A DNA stretch of 64,000 nucleotides, from assembly GCA_050730875.1 (NCBI GenBank), contig JBOHNX010000001.1:361972-425971 (forward strand). Direction: 5' to 3'. This document shows positions 21,077 through 30,913 of this stretch, one piece after another. Origin of the DNA: Candidatus Saccharimonadales bacterium. Lineage in GTDB: Bacteria; Patescibacteriota; Saccharimonadia; Saccharimonadales; EFPC-124. A model generated the notes under the pieces. That model was given only the letters and a program-made list of their open reading frames with translations, did no database searches and was not told the origin of the DNA. The position numbers were made by a program, and so were the translations under genes. Position 1 is the stretch's first letter; every line of letters begins with the position of its first letter.

Positions 21077-22287
21077 ACTACGAGCACGAAGCTATTCTTG
21101 CCTTTTTTAACGAGCGCAGGAGTTTTGATTCTTTGCGCCTCCCCATCGGCTTTTTCACCATTTATGGTTACACCGCCATCACCGACTAGGCGACGCACTT
21201 CGCCTTTTGATTTGGCCAGTGAAGCGTCAAATAACACTTCGTCAAGCTGGCGTTTTTTGGAAGTGGGAATTTCTGACCCGAGAGCAGCGCGATCGGCAGC
21301 AGTTAGTTCCGCAAAATCGCGTCCGCCGAATAGTACCTCTGTTACACGGCGCACGGATTCGGCACGTTCTTTGCCATGCACAAGTTTTGTTGCCTCAAAT
21401 GCTAGCGCTTTCTGGGCCTCACGCTTTTGCGGCGCTTGTTTAGCTAATTTCGCGTATTCTTCAATTTCCTCTTTTGGCAGGAGTGTGTAGACCTTCATGT
21501 AGTCAATCACACCTTCGTCATCTGCATTCAGCCAGAACTGGTAGAACTTGTAGCCGCTTGTCTTGTCTGAATTGAGCCACACGGCCCCGCCCTCTGACTT
21601 GCCAAACTTTTTGCCAGTCGATTTATTAATAATGAGTGGGCATGAGTACACGTGCACTTCGTGGCCAGTTTTTTTACGGATTAAATCGACGCCAGAAATA
21701 CTGTTGCCCCATTGGTCGGCACCGCATACCTGGAGGTCAACACCATATTTTTGGTGCAAGTAGTAGTAGTCGTACCCTTGCAGTAAGGTGTAGCTGAATT
21801 CGGTGTAGCTAATACCGCTGCCGCCTTCGCCAATACGGTTGGCTATGAAGTCACGCTGCAAGAGTGTTGTCATGCCGAAGTGTTTGCCGATATCGCGCAG
21901 AAACTCTAATAGGCTTAGTTTGTTTAGCCAGTCGTAGTTATCGACAAGTAAGAATTTTTTGCCGCTAAACACTCTTTTATATTCTGCGCCGATGCCTTTT
22001 TTGTTTTTAGCAACTTGCTGTAGGGTTAACAGATTGCGTTCTTCGTTTTTGCCGCCCGGGTCGCCAATCATGCCTGTACCCCCACCGACGAGCAAAATCA
22101 CCTTGTGGCCATGCTCTAGGAAGTGGCGAACCATAATTGCAGCCGCCAGGTTGCCGACAGTCATAGAATCTGCACTGGGGTCTACGCCAAAGTAAAGAGT
22201 AAACTTTTTCTTATCTAGCTCTTTTAAGTCGGTTAGCGTGGTTTGGTTTACAAACCCTCGCCATTGTAATTCTTCGGATAATTTCAT
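21073..22287 (-). CDS. tyrS: Tyrosine--tRNA ligase (HIGH motif degenerate: TVGN)
   Basis: Collinear with bacterial TyrRS (GVDPSADS..., LRDIGKHF, TEFSYTLLQGYD, GADQWGN, KFGKS, YKFYQFW) plus a C-terminal S4 domain. Confidence 0.95.
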   Translation of the reverse strand: MKLSEELQWRGFVNQTTLTDLKELDKKKFTLYFGVDPSADSMTVGNLAAAIMVRHFLEHGHKVILLVGGGTGMIGDPGGKNEERNLLTLQQVAKNKKGIGAEYKRVFSGKKFLLVDNYDWLNKLSLLEFLRDIGKHFGMTTLLQRDFIANRIGEGGSGISYTEFSYTLLQGYDYYYLHQKYGVDLQVCGADQWGNSISGVDLIRKKTGHEVHVYSCPLIINKSTGKKFGKSEGGAVWLNSDKTSGYKFYQFWLNADDEGVIDYMKVYTLLPKEEIEEYAKLAKQAPQKREAQKALAFEATKLVHGKERAESVRRVTEVLFGGRDFAELTAADRAALGSEIPTSKKRQLDEVLFDASLAKSKGEVRRLVGDGGVTINGEKADGEAQRIKTPALVKKGKNSFVLVV

Positions 22288-22404
22288 ACTTGTTATATCT
22301 GTTCTCTACTAGTGGCTGATTATAGCGAATCTAGCTAGAATTCGCTACGCAAATGGTATAATTAATATGATTTTCATAATGTGTAGGGAGCAGAAGATAA
22401 ACCG

Positions 22405-25092
22405 ATGAAAAAATCGAACCGTCGTTCGAAAGGACTCAGCGTATACGCCAATTTGACTGCCCGCCGCCGCTCTAAAGCAGACGCGCGTTCTCGCCGCCGA
22501 GCAGAATATTTAGCGTCCCTGCCAAAGCAGCCCCTCAAACGCCTCATGTACCGCTTACACCCCAAGAGAGTTGCTAAATTCTGGTTTAGCAAAGAAGGCG
22601 GACTCACCCTGCTCAAATTGGCTGGTATCGGTCTTGTCATTCTGGCTATCTTTGTTGCCGCCCTCTTTGCTTACTACCGCCGCGAACTTGATGCAATTCG
22701 CCCAGGCGAGCTTGCAAAACGCGTCCAATCAACGGTTACCAAATATTACGACCGTAACGGCGAGCTGCTATGGGAGGACAAGGGTGACGGCGATTATAAA
22801 TTAGTCGTCGAATCCGATCAGATTGCCAAGGTAATGAAAGATGCGACCGTCGCCATTGAAGACAAAGACTTTTATAAACACGGTGGCATTAGTGTCAGTG
22901 GCATGGTTCGTGCAGCCATCAATAACTTTACTGGCGGGCCGATTCAGGGTGCCTCAACGCTGACCCAACAGCTTATTAAGCAGGTATTCTTCGAAACAGA
23001 GGCCGAACGCAACCGCTTAAGCATTTCGCGCAAGATAAAGGAAATGATCCTGGCGATCGAGGTAGAGCGCATGTACAACAAGGATCAGATCCTTTCGCTG
23101 TACCTCAACGAAGTGCCATATGGTGGCCGCCGCAACGGTGTGCAATCTGCTTCGCTCACGTATTTTGGTAAAAACGCCAAGGATCTTACCTTGCCAGAGG
23201 CTGCGCTGATCGCCTCAATCCCGCAAAACCCGACCTACTACAATCCATACAATGTCGAGGGAAATAAAGACCTCATCGCCCGTCAGCACAAAGTTATTAA
23301 CGACATGCAGGGCGAAGGCATGATTACCAAAGAGCAAGCAGAAGAAGCCAAAAAGTTCCCAATTCTTGACACCATAAAGCCAGAGTTTATTGCGACTGAC
23401 GACATTAAAGCACCTCACTTTGTACTCGAAGTTCGCTCACAACTGGAAAAAGAATTTGGCACCAAGGTAATCCGTGGTGGCGGACTAACTGTTAAAACAA
23501 CTCTCGATTACCGCATTCAAAAGGTTGCCGAAGAATCTATTGCTAAAAACTACTCGAAAGCAACACCGACGGGTGCCGACAACATGTCTATGACAGCCGT
23601 AGATGTGCCGACTGGCCAAATTCTTTCCATGATCGGTAGTCATGACTTCAGAAACAAAGAGTACGGTGCGGTAAACGCAGCCACCTCCCTGCTGCAACCT
23701 GGCTCGAGTATTAAGCCATTTATCTACGCTAACCTCTTTAAACCCCAAAAGGGTCAGAACTTTGGCGCAGGTTCAATCCTTGCCGACGAAAGCATTAAAG
23801 ACATCTACAAGAAGGACCTTAATAACTACGACGGTCGCTTCTTTGGCGCAATACCAATCCGCGAGGCGCTTGGCAACTCCCGTAACCCGCCCGCAGTAAA
23901 AGCTGCCTACATTGGCGGTCTCGATAACGCAGTACAAACTGCTCGCGATGCCGGTGACCGAACATTCTGTACCAAAGAGCAATACGGTCTGTCTGCAGCT
24001 ATCGGTAGCTGTAGCGTCCGCCAAGTTGAACACGCTAACGCGTATGCAACGCTTGCCCGCCAAGGTGTATATAAAAAAGAAGCCTATGTGCTCGAAGTTA
24101 AAAACGCGCAGGGTCAAACGCTCAAACAATGGAAGGATGAGTCCAAGCGAGTCCTCGACCCACAAATTACCTACATATTAAGTGATATCCTGACTGACCC
24201 AGGCGCTCGCGCACGAGTATTTAGTCGTGTCCAAACCGGGTTCAATATCGGTGGCGTTAAATCCGCTACTAAAACCGGTACAACGGATGACGGCCAAGGA
24301 CACGCTAAAGATAGCTGGATGATGAGCTACACCCCGCGCATGGCTGTCGGCACCTGGATGGGTAAACACGACGGTAGACCGCTAAGATCCCTGTCGAGCT
24401 TGGCCAACGGCAGTGTGGTAAACGATGTACAAAAGTATGCCCACCTCGAAATATTCCAAAAGGATGGCTCTTGGAAGTCAGACGATTGGTTTACGCGCCC
24501 AGCCGGCATTCAGACCCTTCATGTAAGCGGCCGCACAGATATTTACCCGTCATGGTACCAGAAGCCAAAAAACGCCGAGGGCGTACGGGTTGTATTCGAC
24601 TCAGTATCTAAAAAGAAAGCAACCAGCTGTACGCCTGACCGCGCTAAGACTGAACTAACGGTCCAAACCTTCGAGGATCCTGTTACCAAGAAGAAGACGC
24701 AAAGTGCACCAGATGGTTACGATGCAAACGCAGAAGACGACGTGCACAAGTGTGATGACGTGAAGCCATTTGTATCGGTCAATGCCACACAAACCGGTCC
24801 AAGCCGCTACAAGATTACGGCAACCGTAAACCAAGGGACCCACCCGCTCAGCTCCGTTGACATAGCCGTTGATGGACAGGTTATCTCTAGCCAGCCTGCA
24901 AGCGGTGGTGGCAGCTACACTATCGAGCACACCTTTTCGTCAACTGGCAGCAAGACAATCAGCGCAACCGTAGTTGACCAAGTACTCTACGACAATTCGG
25001 CCACGAAGACGATTAACGTCGTTGCCAAGAATGACGATGACGACGGAACGTCTGTCCTGCCTAGCCGAACTCGCCGCGGCCAATGGTTCTAG
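22405..25092 (+). CDS. Class A penicillin-binding protein (transglycosylase/transpeptidase)
   Basis: GT51 motifs EDKDFYKHGG and GASTLTQQ. Transpeptidase motifs SSIKP, SRN and KTGT. N-terminal TM anchor and a C-terminal Ig-like extension. Confidence 0.93.
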   Translation: MKKSNRRSKGLSVYANLTARRRSKADARSRRRAEYLASLPKQPLKRLMYRLHPKRVAKFWFSKEGGLTLLKLAGIGLVILAIFVAALFAYYRRELDAIRPGELAKRVQSTVTKYYDRNGELLWEDKGDGDYKLVVESDQIAKVMKDATVAIEDKDFYKHGGISVSGMVRAAINNFTGGPIQGASTLTQQLIKQVFFETEAERNRLSISRKIKEMILAIEVERMYNKDQILSLYLNEVPYGGRRNGVQSASLTYFGKNAKDLTLPEAALIASIPQNPTYYNPYNVEGNKDLIARQHKVINDMQGEGMITKEQAEEAKKFPILDTIKPEFIATDDIKAPHFVLEVRSQLEKEFGTKVIRGGGLTVKTTLDYRIQKVAEESIAKNYSKATPTGADNMSMTAVDVPTGQILSMIGSHDFRNKEYGAVNAATSLLQPGSSIKPFIYANLFKPQKGQNFGAGSILADESIKDIYKKDLNNYDGRFFGAIPIREALGNSRNPPAVKAAYIGGLDNAVQTARDAGDRTFCTKEQYGLSAAIGSCSVRQVEHANAYATLARQGVYKKEAYVLEVKNAQGQTLKQWKDESKRVLDPQITYILSDILTDPGARARVFSRVQTGFNIGGVKSATKTGTTDDGQGHAKDSWMMSYTPRMAVGTWMGKHDGRPLRSLSSLANGSVVNDVQKYAHLEIFQKDGSWKSDDWFTRPAGIQTLHVSGRTDIYPSWYQKPKNAEGVRVVFDSVSKKKATSCTPDRAKTELTVQTFEDPVTKKKTQSAPDGYDANAEDDVHKCDDVKPFVSVNATQTGPSRYKITATVNQGTHPLSSVDIAVDGQVISSQPASGGGSYTIEHTFSSTGSKTISATVVDQVLYDNSATKTINVVAKNDDDDGTSVLPSRTRRGQWF

Positions 25093-25096
25093 CCAC

Positions 25097-25136
25097 ATAA
25101 AAAATACCCGTCCATGCTTAGCGGGTATTTTTTTGA
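25097..25136. terminator. Bidirectional terminator between the convergent PBP and PIN/TRAM genes
   Basis: AAATACCCG (25102-25110) pairs with CGGGTATTT (25122-25130), with an A-run upstream and a T-run downstream. Confidence 0.75.
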
Positions 25137-25148
25137 TCTTGCCAAATA

Positions 25149-26006
25149 CTATTCTTGTCGGCCGGTTTGCCGAACAATACGATCTTCCAGGTCATCTACC
25201 GGATTGCGGCGCTTGCGCCCGTGATCTGCCTGCTTTGTACTGTGGCTGTGACTCCGTTTTTGTTGCGGTTTAGTTGCATGTGTCTTCTGGGCAGGATGTT
25301 TGTGAGCAACCCTTGCGTGCTTATGCCGCGGCACCGCAAACATCATTTTGCCGGCTTGGGTTTGCAGGATACGGCTAAATTCTACCTCTACCTTTTGGCC
25401 AAGCCACTTTGCAGCTTGTTCGACGACAACCATGGTGCCGTCTTCTAGGTAGCCGACGCCTTGGGTTTTATCTTGGCCAAGTTGTGTAATTTTAATCTCT
25501 GCTTTCTCGCCGGGCAGGTGTGCAACACGGAGTGCCTGAGCAAGTTCATTCACATTAAGCACGCGTACACCTTCGATCTCTGCAACTTGGTTAAGATTAA
25601 AGTCTGTAGTGTATAGCAGTGCGCCGTAGCGTTTAGCCAGAGCAACTAGTTTGTCGTCGACTTCTTTTACTCGCTTGAACGGTGCGGCCATAATAACTAC
25701 TTCGTTCTGGCGCATATCTTGCAAGCGACGTACAACTTCCAAGCCAAATCGAGCGCGCTCGCGCTTGAATGGGTCTGACTGATCGGCCAAATGCTGTAGT
25801 TCAGCAATCACAAACTGTGGGATAATAATCCGCTGTGGGATAAAGCCCGAGTTCACAATTTCGACAATTCGGCCGTCTATAAGTCCGGATGTGTCGACAA
25901 CCATTTGGTTTTTAACTTGTCGGCGGACAGCGCCAAGCTGCCACACAATGTAGCCGAGGGCCAGCGTGTTCAGCGCTGCTATGCCCATTAAAATTTTTTG
26001 ATCCAT
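25149..26006 (-). CDS. yacL: PIN and TRAM domain protein (YacL-like), with a His/Lys-rich tail
   Basis: N-terminal TM helix, PIN-like core (VVDTSGLIDGRI...TTDFNLNQVA), TRAM-like beta region (GVGYLEDGTMVVVE). It sits next to radA, as in Firmicutes. Confidence 0.8.
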   Translation of the reverse strand: MDQKILMGIAALNTLALGYIVWQLGAVRRQVKNQMVVDTSGLIDGRIVEIVNSGFIPQRIIIPQFVIAELQHLADQSDPFKRERARFGLEVVRRLQDMRQNEVVIMAAPFKRVKEVDDKLVALAKRYGALLYTTDFNLNQVAEIEGVRVLNVNELAQALRVAHLPGEKAEIKITQLGQDKTQGVGYLEDGTMVVVEQAAKWLGQKVEVEFSRILQTQAGKMMFAVPRHKHARVAHKHPAQKTHATKPQQKRSHSHSTKQADHGRKRRNPVDDLEDRIVRQTGRQE

Positions 26007-26020
26007 TATAAGTTCCTTCT

Positions 26021-27373
26021 TTAGACTTTTTTGAGAAATGTATTGAGCGCGTCTCGCATTGAGCTAACCGGTTTTACGAACGAATTCTTTTTGGCACCTT
26101 TTGGCGCAATCGCATAGGTAAAGCCAAGCTTCTTTGCTTCGGCCATGCGCTTGTCGGTTTGCGTGGCACTACGTACCTCGCCACTAAGGCCGACTTCGCC
26201 AAATACTACGGCCGTTTGGTCGAGCGCCATTTCTTTGGCTGCCGATGCTATTGCCATACACACGGCAAGATCGGCTGCTGGGTCTTGCAGTTTTATGCCA
26301 CCCACGACGTTGATGTAGATATCGCTATCTGATAAGTTCAGTTTTGTGCGCTTTTCTAGCACCGCAACAAGCAGATTTAGCCGATTTAAATCAAAGCCGG
26401 ATGCAGTGCGTTTAGGATAGCCGAAATGCGTTTTATTCACAAGCGCCTGGATTTCGACCAGCAGCGGTCGATTGCCTTCCAGCGTCGCCAAGACAACCGA
26501 ACCATCGCTCGAAAGTCGCTCTTCCAGTAAGGCCGCCGATGGGTTTGCAACCGGTGTGAGCCCGGCATCGGTCATCTCGAAAATCGCTGCTTCGTTGGTC
26601 GCACCATAGCGGTTTTTAACGGCACGTAACACCTTAAAACCGCCGTATCGATCACCTTCCAAATTCAATACAACGTCGACCATGTGTTCTAGAATCTTTG
26701 GACCAGCAATACTGCCTTCTTTGGTGACGTGACCAACTAATACCAACGCTGTGTCGGTCGACTTCGCCGCCTGCGTAAGCAGGTTAGAAGAATTGGTGAT
26801 TTGACTAACGCTGCCGGATGCAGAACTAAGCTCCTGCATGGCGAGGGTTTGAATCGAGTCGACAATCACAAGCTTGTAGGTTCCAGCTTGAATCGTGGCC
26901 GCAATATCGTCTGCAGATGTTGATGAAGCCAAATGTAAGTTTTCGTGTTGGGCACCGAGCCGCGTGGCACGCACTTTCACCTGCCCCGTTGATTCCTCGC
27001 CGCTCACATATAGCACGGGTAGCTGACGTGCCACGTGATATGCCAATTGCATGAGTAGCGTCGATTTACCAATGCCCGGCTGGCCGGCGATTAGCGTGAC
27101 GCTGGCTGGTACAATGCCGCCGCCAAGCGCGGTGTCGAGATCTGGCATGGCAGTGCCGATTCGTCCTGCTTGATCGCTGGCCTGCACGTCGCCAATCGCC
27201 TGCGCTTGCAAGGTTTTACCTTTACTGCGCGCAACTGCGGTCGCTCCAACCGATTCGACCACTTGTTCAACAAAACTATTCCAGGCGCCACAATTATCGC
27301 AGCGCCCTGACCATTTGGTGCGCGTTGCGCCGCATTGTTGGCAGACAAATTGTGTTACAGATTTCTTCGGCAT
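26021..27373 (-). CDS. radA: DNA repair protein RadA/Sms
   Basis: N-terminal zinc finger CQQCG...CDNCGAWNS, Walker A GQPGIGKST, KNRYG motif, Lon-like C-terminal domain. Confidence 0.95.
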   Translation of the reverse strand: MPKKSVTQFVCQQCGATRTKWSGRCDNCGAWNSFVEQVVESVGATAVARSKGKTLQAQAIGDVQASDQAGRIGTAMPDLDTALGGGIVPASVTLIAGQPGIGKSTLLMQLAYHVARQLPVLYVSGEESTGQVKVRATRLGAQHENLHLASSTSADDIAATIQAGTYKLVIVDSIQTLAMQELSSASGSVSQITNSSNLLTQAAKSTDTALVLVGHVTKEGSIAGPKILEHMVDVVLNLEGDRYGGFKVLRAVKNRYGATNEAAIFEMTDAGLTPVANPSAALLEERLSSDGSVVLATLEGNRPLLVEIQALVNKTHFGYPKRTASGFDLNRLNLLVAVLEKRTKLNLSDSDIYINVVGGIKLQDPAADLAVCMAIASAAKEMALDQTAVVFGEVGLSGEVRSATQTDKRMAEAKKLGFTYAIAPKGAKKNSFVKPVSSMRDALNTFLKKV

Positions 27374-27387
27374 TATTTCTTATTCTA

Positions 27388-28365
27388 TCAGTTAGTTGGT
27401 ACCGTTTGGTATGTACTGTCTAGGCTGTGGTAGAGGTCATTTTGGGCAGCAACCTCGTTATTGCGCTGTACGACGAGCGCATTATAACGGCTGACTAGTG
27501 AGCGAGTTTCGTTTACGGTGGCGTTATAGGAGCGCACCATTGCATTGTAGCCCGGAACGGCCTGGTTGTATGCGTCTGGGTCGCTATTTCTAAGTTGGTT
27601 AAGCCTAGCTGATTCGGCATTGATTTCGCGCTGGCGGTTATCGAGCTCTGTGTAGTTTACGTCAATTTGCTTCTTTAGGTCCGCAAGCTGAGCGTCCAGC
27701 AAGGCTAGCCGTTCTTTCGAAGCAGTAAACACCCCTTCGTATGCTTCGGCAAGACCCACAACCTTATTTCTATCTTTTAAGTACTGTGTATAGTACGCTT
27801 CTAGTTCTGGCGATAGATCGCGGAATTCGGTGCCTAAAATAGAGTGCATTTCGTTTAGCAGCTGCCCAGGCTCGTGCTTGTTATACAAATTAATAAGCCC
27901 CTGCAGCCTGTCGTCCTTTGTTTTAGCCAGCTGAGCTTCGAGTAGCTTGTTGACGCGCTGCTTTTCGCTGTCATCTAGTCGGTCGTATGCAGCGTGGAGC
28001 ATTTCGTGCGCGGCCGTCACCTCTTTAACACCACTAAAACGTGCGTCGGTGACGTTATAGATGTAAATACGCTGCATGGCATAACAGCCGAGCACCAGAC
28101 TTTCTTCGCCAGTGTCAGTACAGTTTTTATTGAAGGTGCTGCGATCGTTCACTTCCGGGTGCGAGACATAAAAGACCGTTCGCCCTTTACCCTCCATGGT
28201 CGCTGCATCTGCTAGTGCTACAATTCCCGCCGGGGGCGTATAGCCATTGAGGCGCCACCAATCGATGAGCTCTTGGCGGTTAAGAAATGTCCAAATTGCG
28301 GCACCAATAATCGCTATACTCAGCGCAAGATTAGCGATTCCCCACCAAACGTGTCGTTCACGCAT
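27388..28365 (-). CDS. Hypothetical membrane-anchored protein with HExxH motif and a C-terminal coiled coil
   Basis: 325 aa. N-terminal TM helix (WWGIANLALSIAIIGAAIWTF), an HEMLH motif, and a long heptad-like Q/N/L-rich C-terminus. Confidence 0.7.
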   Translation of the reverse strand: MRERHVWWGIANLALSIAIIGAAIWTFLNRQELIDWWRLNGYTPPAGIVALADAATMEGKGRTVFYVSHPEVNDRSTFNKNCTDTGEESLVLGCYAMQRIYIYNVTDARFSGVKEVTAAHEMLHAAYDRLDDSEKQRVNKLLEAQLAKTKDDRLQGLINLYNKHEPGQLLNEMHSILGTEFRDLSPELEAYYTQYLKDRNKVVGLAEAYEGVFTASKERLALLDAQLADLKKQIDVNYTELDNRQREINAESARLNQLRNSDPDAYNQAVPGYNAMVRSYNATVNETRSLVSRYNALVVQRNNEVAAQNDLYHSLDSTYQTVPTN

Positions 28366-28379
28366 GGGTAGCTACCTTT

Positions 28380-30860
28380 TTACTCGGTGTGATTTGCGAA
28401 AGCCAGTTCGCCTTTTTTGGTCGTGACATCGATGACATCACCCTTAGTATACCGCTCTTCAAGCAAACCGTTGGCAATTTCGTCTTCAACGGTGTCTTGA
28501 ATAACGCGTCGGAGTGGGCGTACGCCGTTTTGAGCATCGTAGCCCTGCTCGAGCAGCGCTTTTTTGGCGGCAATACCAACCTTCACAGCGACACCTCGTC
28601 GTTGCAGGCGCTTGCCGAGTTTCGCGATTTCGATATCAAGAATCTTGCTGACTTCATGCTTAGTAAGTGCCTTAAAGACAATTATTTTATCCAGGCGGTT
28701 GATGAGCTCTGGACGCATGAAGCTCTTGAGGTCGGCTAACGCAGCCTCGGTATTTTGCTCGTGGACGTCTTCTAGCTCGTCATGGTCCTTTTTAGTTTCG
28801 GCACGGAAACCTAGGTTTGCTTCGCGCTGCATTTTTTCAGCGCCCAAGTTGCTGGTAAGGATGATAACCGTGTTAGTAAAGTCTACCTTGCGGCCTTTGG
28901 CGTCAGTCAGACTACCGTCCTCCATAATCTGCAGTAGAATGTTCAGCACTTCTGGGTGGGCTTTTTCGATTTCGTCAAAGAGCACCAGACTGTACGGCTG
29001 ACGGCGAATTTTATCGGTCAATTGCCCTGCATCGTCATAGCCCACGTAGCCTGCTGGGGCACCGACCAAGCGTGCGGTCGTGTGGCGCTCGGCAAATTCA
29101 CTCATATCGATTTTAATCAGTGCATCTTCCGAACCAAGCAGTTCGCGCGCAAGCACACGGGCAAGCTCTGTTTTACCCACGCCAGTTGGGCCCATAAACA
29201 TGAACGATCCGATCGGGCGGCGCCCCTCACCAATGCCAGAGCGGTTGCGGCGAATCGCGCGGGCAACGGCGTTAATGGCATCGGCCTGACCAACAATGTG
29301 CTTAGCCAAATATTTTTCGAGGTTTAGCAAGTACTTAGCTTCGGACTTGATAACTTTTTCAACCGGCACGCCAGTCATGGTTGCAATGGTGTGCGCAACA
29401 TCATCCGATGAAATAATGAGGGTGTCATGATTTTGCTGATCATTACGCATCTTGTTGAGCTGCGTGTTTAGCTGGCTCATGCGCGTTTTGTAATGCGCGG
29501 CGCGCTCGTAATCTTCAGCCTCGACCGCTTCTTCCATGCGCTCGGTAATAACTTTAAGCTCGCGAGAGAGTTTGCGTACCTCAAGCGGTGCGCGGCCACG
29601 GTCTACCTTTACCTGCGCAGAGGTTTCATCCAAAACATCAATTGCTTTATCGGGCATGTAGCGGTCGTTAATATACCGCTTGGCGAGATATGCAATGTCG
29701 CTCAATACCTCGTCGCCTACTTCGACGCCATGGTGTTTTTCGTAGTGCCGCTTCAAACCTCTGAGGATGGCCAGCGTTTCTTTAACGGTTGGCTCAGGCA
29801 CGATAACGGTCTGGAAGCGGCGTTCGAGCGCGGCATCTTTTTCGATGTGCTTGCGGTATTCATCGAGCGTAGTTGCACCAACGAGGCGTAGTTTACCGCG
29901 AGCCAATGCAGGTTTGAGCATGTTCGCGGCATCGATTGCACCTTCGGCTGCACCAGCGCCAACCAGCAAGTGGAGCTCGTCAATAAATACTATGGCGTTA
30001 TCGTCACTAATAAGTTCTTCGAGCAATTTCTTCAGACGCTCTTCAAATTCACCACGGTATTTAGTACCGGCAATCATACCTGCAAGGTCAAGTGTCACAA
30101 TGCGCTTGTCTAGCAGGTGGTCGGGCACTTCCTCGTTAACAATGCGCTGCGCCAAACCTTCGACAATGGCAGTTTTACCAACGCCTGGCTCGCCCAGCAA
30201 GACTGGGTTATTTTTGGTGCGGCGGCCCAAGATGGTGATCATGCGCTTAATTTGCGTATCGCGGCCGACTACTGGGTCGAGCTCGCCGGCACGTGCGCGT
30301 TCTGTTAAATCAGTACCAAAGTAATCGAGTGCTGTTTGGCGGCGATTGCGACGACGGGTGCGCACATTTTTACCCTCGTTGGCGCTATCGTATTCAAACT
30401 GCTGCCGATTAAGATATTGCTCGAGGTCGCCCGTGAGCGAATCGATATCGACACTCATGTCGCGCAACAGCACAGTAGCACGAGCATTCTTTTGCGTCAG
30501 GATGCTGTACAGGATGTGCTCGGTGCCACAGTAATCCTGGTTAAACTCCTGCGCAATGTCCCAGCTAAGTTTTAGAGTTAATTTAGCTGTTTCGCTCAAA
30601 CCCTTTGCGCCGGTGCTGACCACCAAGGCGCGTGGCGTTAAATTAAGCGCCAAGCGCGCACGGTCAAGCGTAACGCCTTGGCCTGCCAGGAGTTTTGCGC
30701 CTACCGAAGAGTCTTGGCTTAAAACACCGAGCAAAATGTGCTCGGTGCCGATGTACGCAGAGCCGAGGCTACGCGCTATGCCGTCGGCATGCTGCAGGCT
30801 CGACCGTGCGTTATCAGTTAAATGGTTTACAAAATCGTGAAGATCGCCAGTTGGCATCAT
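28380..30860 (-). CDS. clpC: ATP-dependent Clp protease ATP-binding subunit ClpC
   Basis: Two Clp_N repeats ([20 protein letters not shown]), Walker A motifs GEPGVGKT and GPTGVGKT, a UVR-like [12 protein letters not shown] segment, and an LGF ClpP-docking loop. The track start at 30881 is TTG; ATG 30860/30857 is preferred. Confidence 0.93.
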   Translation of the reverse strand: MMPTGDLHDFVNHLTDNARSSLQHADGIARSLGSAYIGTEHILLGVLSQDSSVGAKLLAGQGVTLDRARLALNLTPRALVVSTGAKGLSETAKLTLKLSWDIAQEFNQDYCGTEHILYSILTQKNARATVLLRDMSVDIDSLTGDLEQYLNRQQFEYDSANEGKNVRTRRRNRRQTALDYFGTDLTERARAGELDPVVGRDTQIKRMITILGRRTKNNPVLLGEPGVGKTAIVEGLAQRIVNEEVPDHLLDKRIVTLDLAGMIAGTKYRGEFEERLKKLLEELISDDNAIVFIDELHLLVGAGAAEGAIDAANMLKPALARGKLRLVGATTLDEYRKHIEKDAALERRFQTVIVPEPTVKETLAILRGLKRHYEKHHGVEVGDEVLSDIAYLAKRYINDRYMPDKAIDVLDETSAQVKVDRGRAPLEVRKLSRELKVITERMEEAVEAEDYERAAHYKTRMSQLNTQLNKMRNDQQNHDTLIISSDDVAHTIATMTGVPVEKVIKSEAKYLLNLEKYLAKHIVGQADAINAVARAIRRNRSGIGEGRRPIGSFMFMGPTGVGKTELARVLARELLGSEDALIKIDMSEFAERHTTARLVGAPAGYVGYDDAGQLTDKIRRQPYSLVLFDEIEKAHPEVLNILLQIMEDGSLTDAKGRKVDFTNTVIILTSNLGAEKMQREANLGFRAETKKDHDELEDVHEQNTEAALADLKSFMRPELINRLDKIIVFKALTKHEVSKILDIEIAKLGKRLQRRGVAVKVGIAAKKALLEQGYDAQNGVRPLRRVIQDTVEDEIANGLLEERYTKGDVIDVTTKKGELAFANHTE

Positions 30861-30913
30861 ATCTCTAAATCTACCTTCCAAAGTGCATTACACTGCATTT
30901 TTAGTATAAAAAA

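Noticed and set aside
22288-22404. Possible T-box riboswitch upstream of tyrS (and likewise upstream of hisS at 13926-13960)
   Set aside because: The tyrS leader is at most about 115 nt and hisS has essentially none, which is too short for a T-box. No conserved T-box sequence or specifier-loop architecture is seen. The only feature is a 7-bp hairpin (AGCGAAT...ATTCGCT) at about 22324-22346.
28389-30840. Numerous plus-strand ORFs within clpC (for example 28564-29001, 29493-29891, 29767-30324)
   Set aside because: They are shadow frames of the well-supported ClpC gene. The S/R/A-rich translations carry no motifs.
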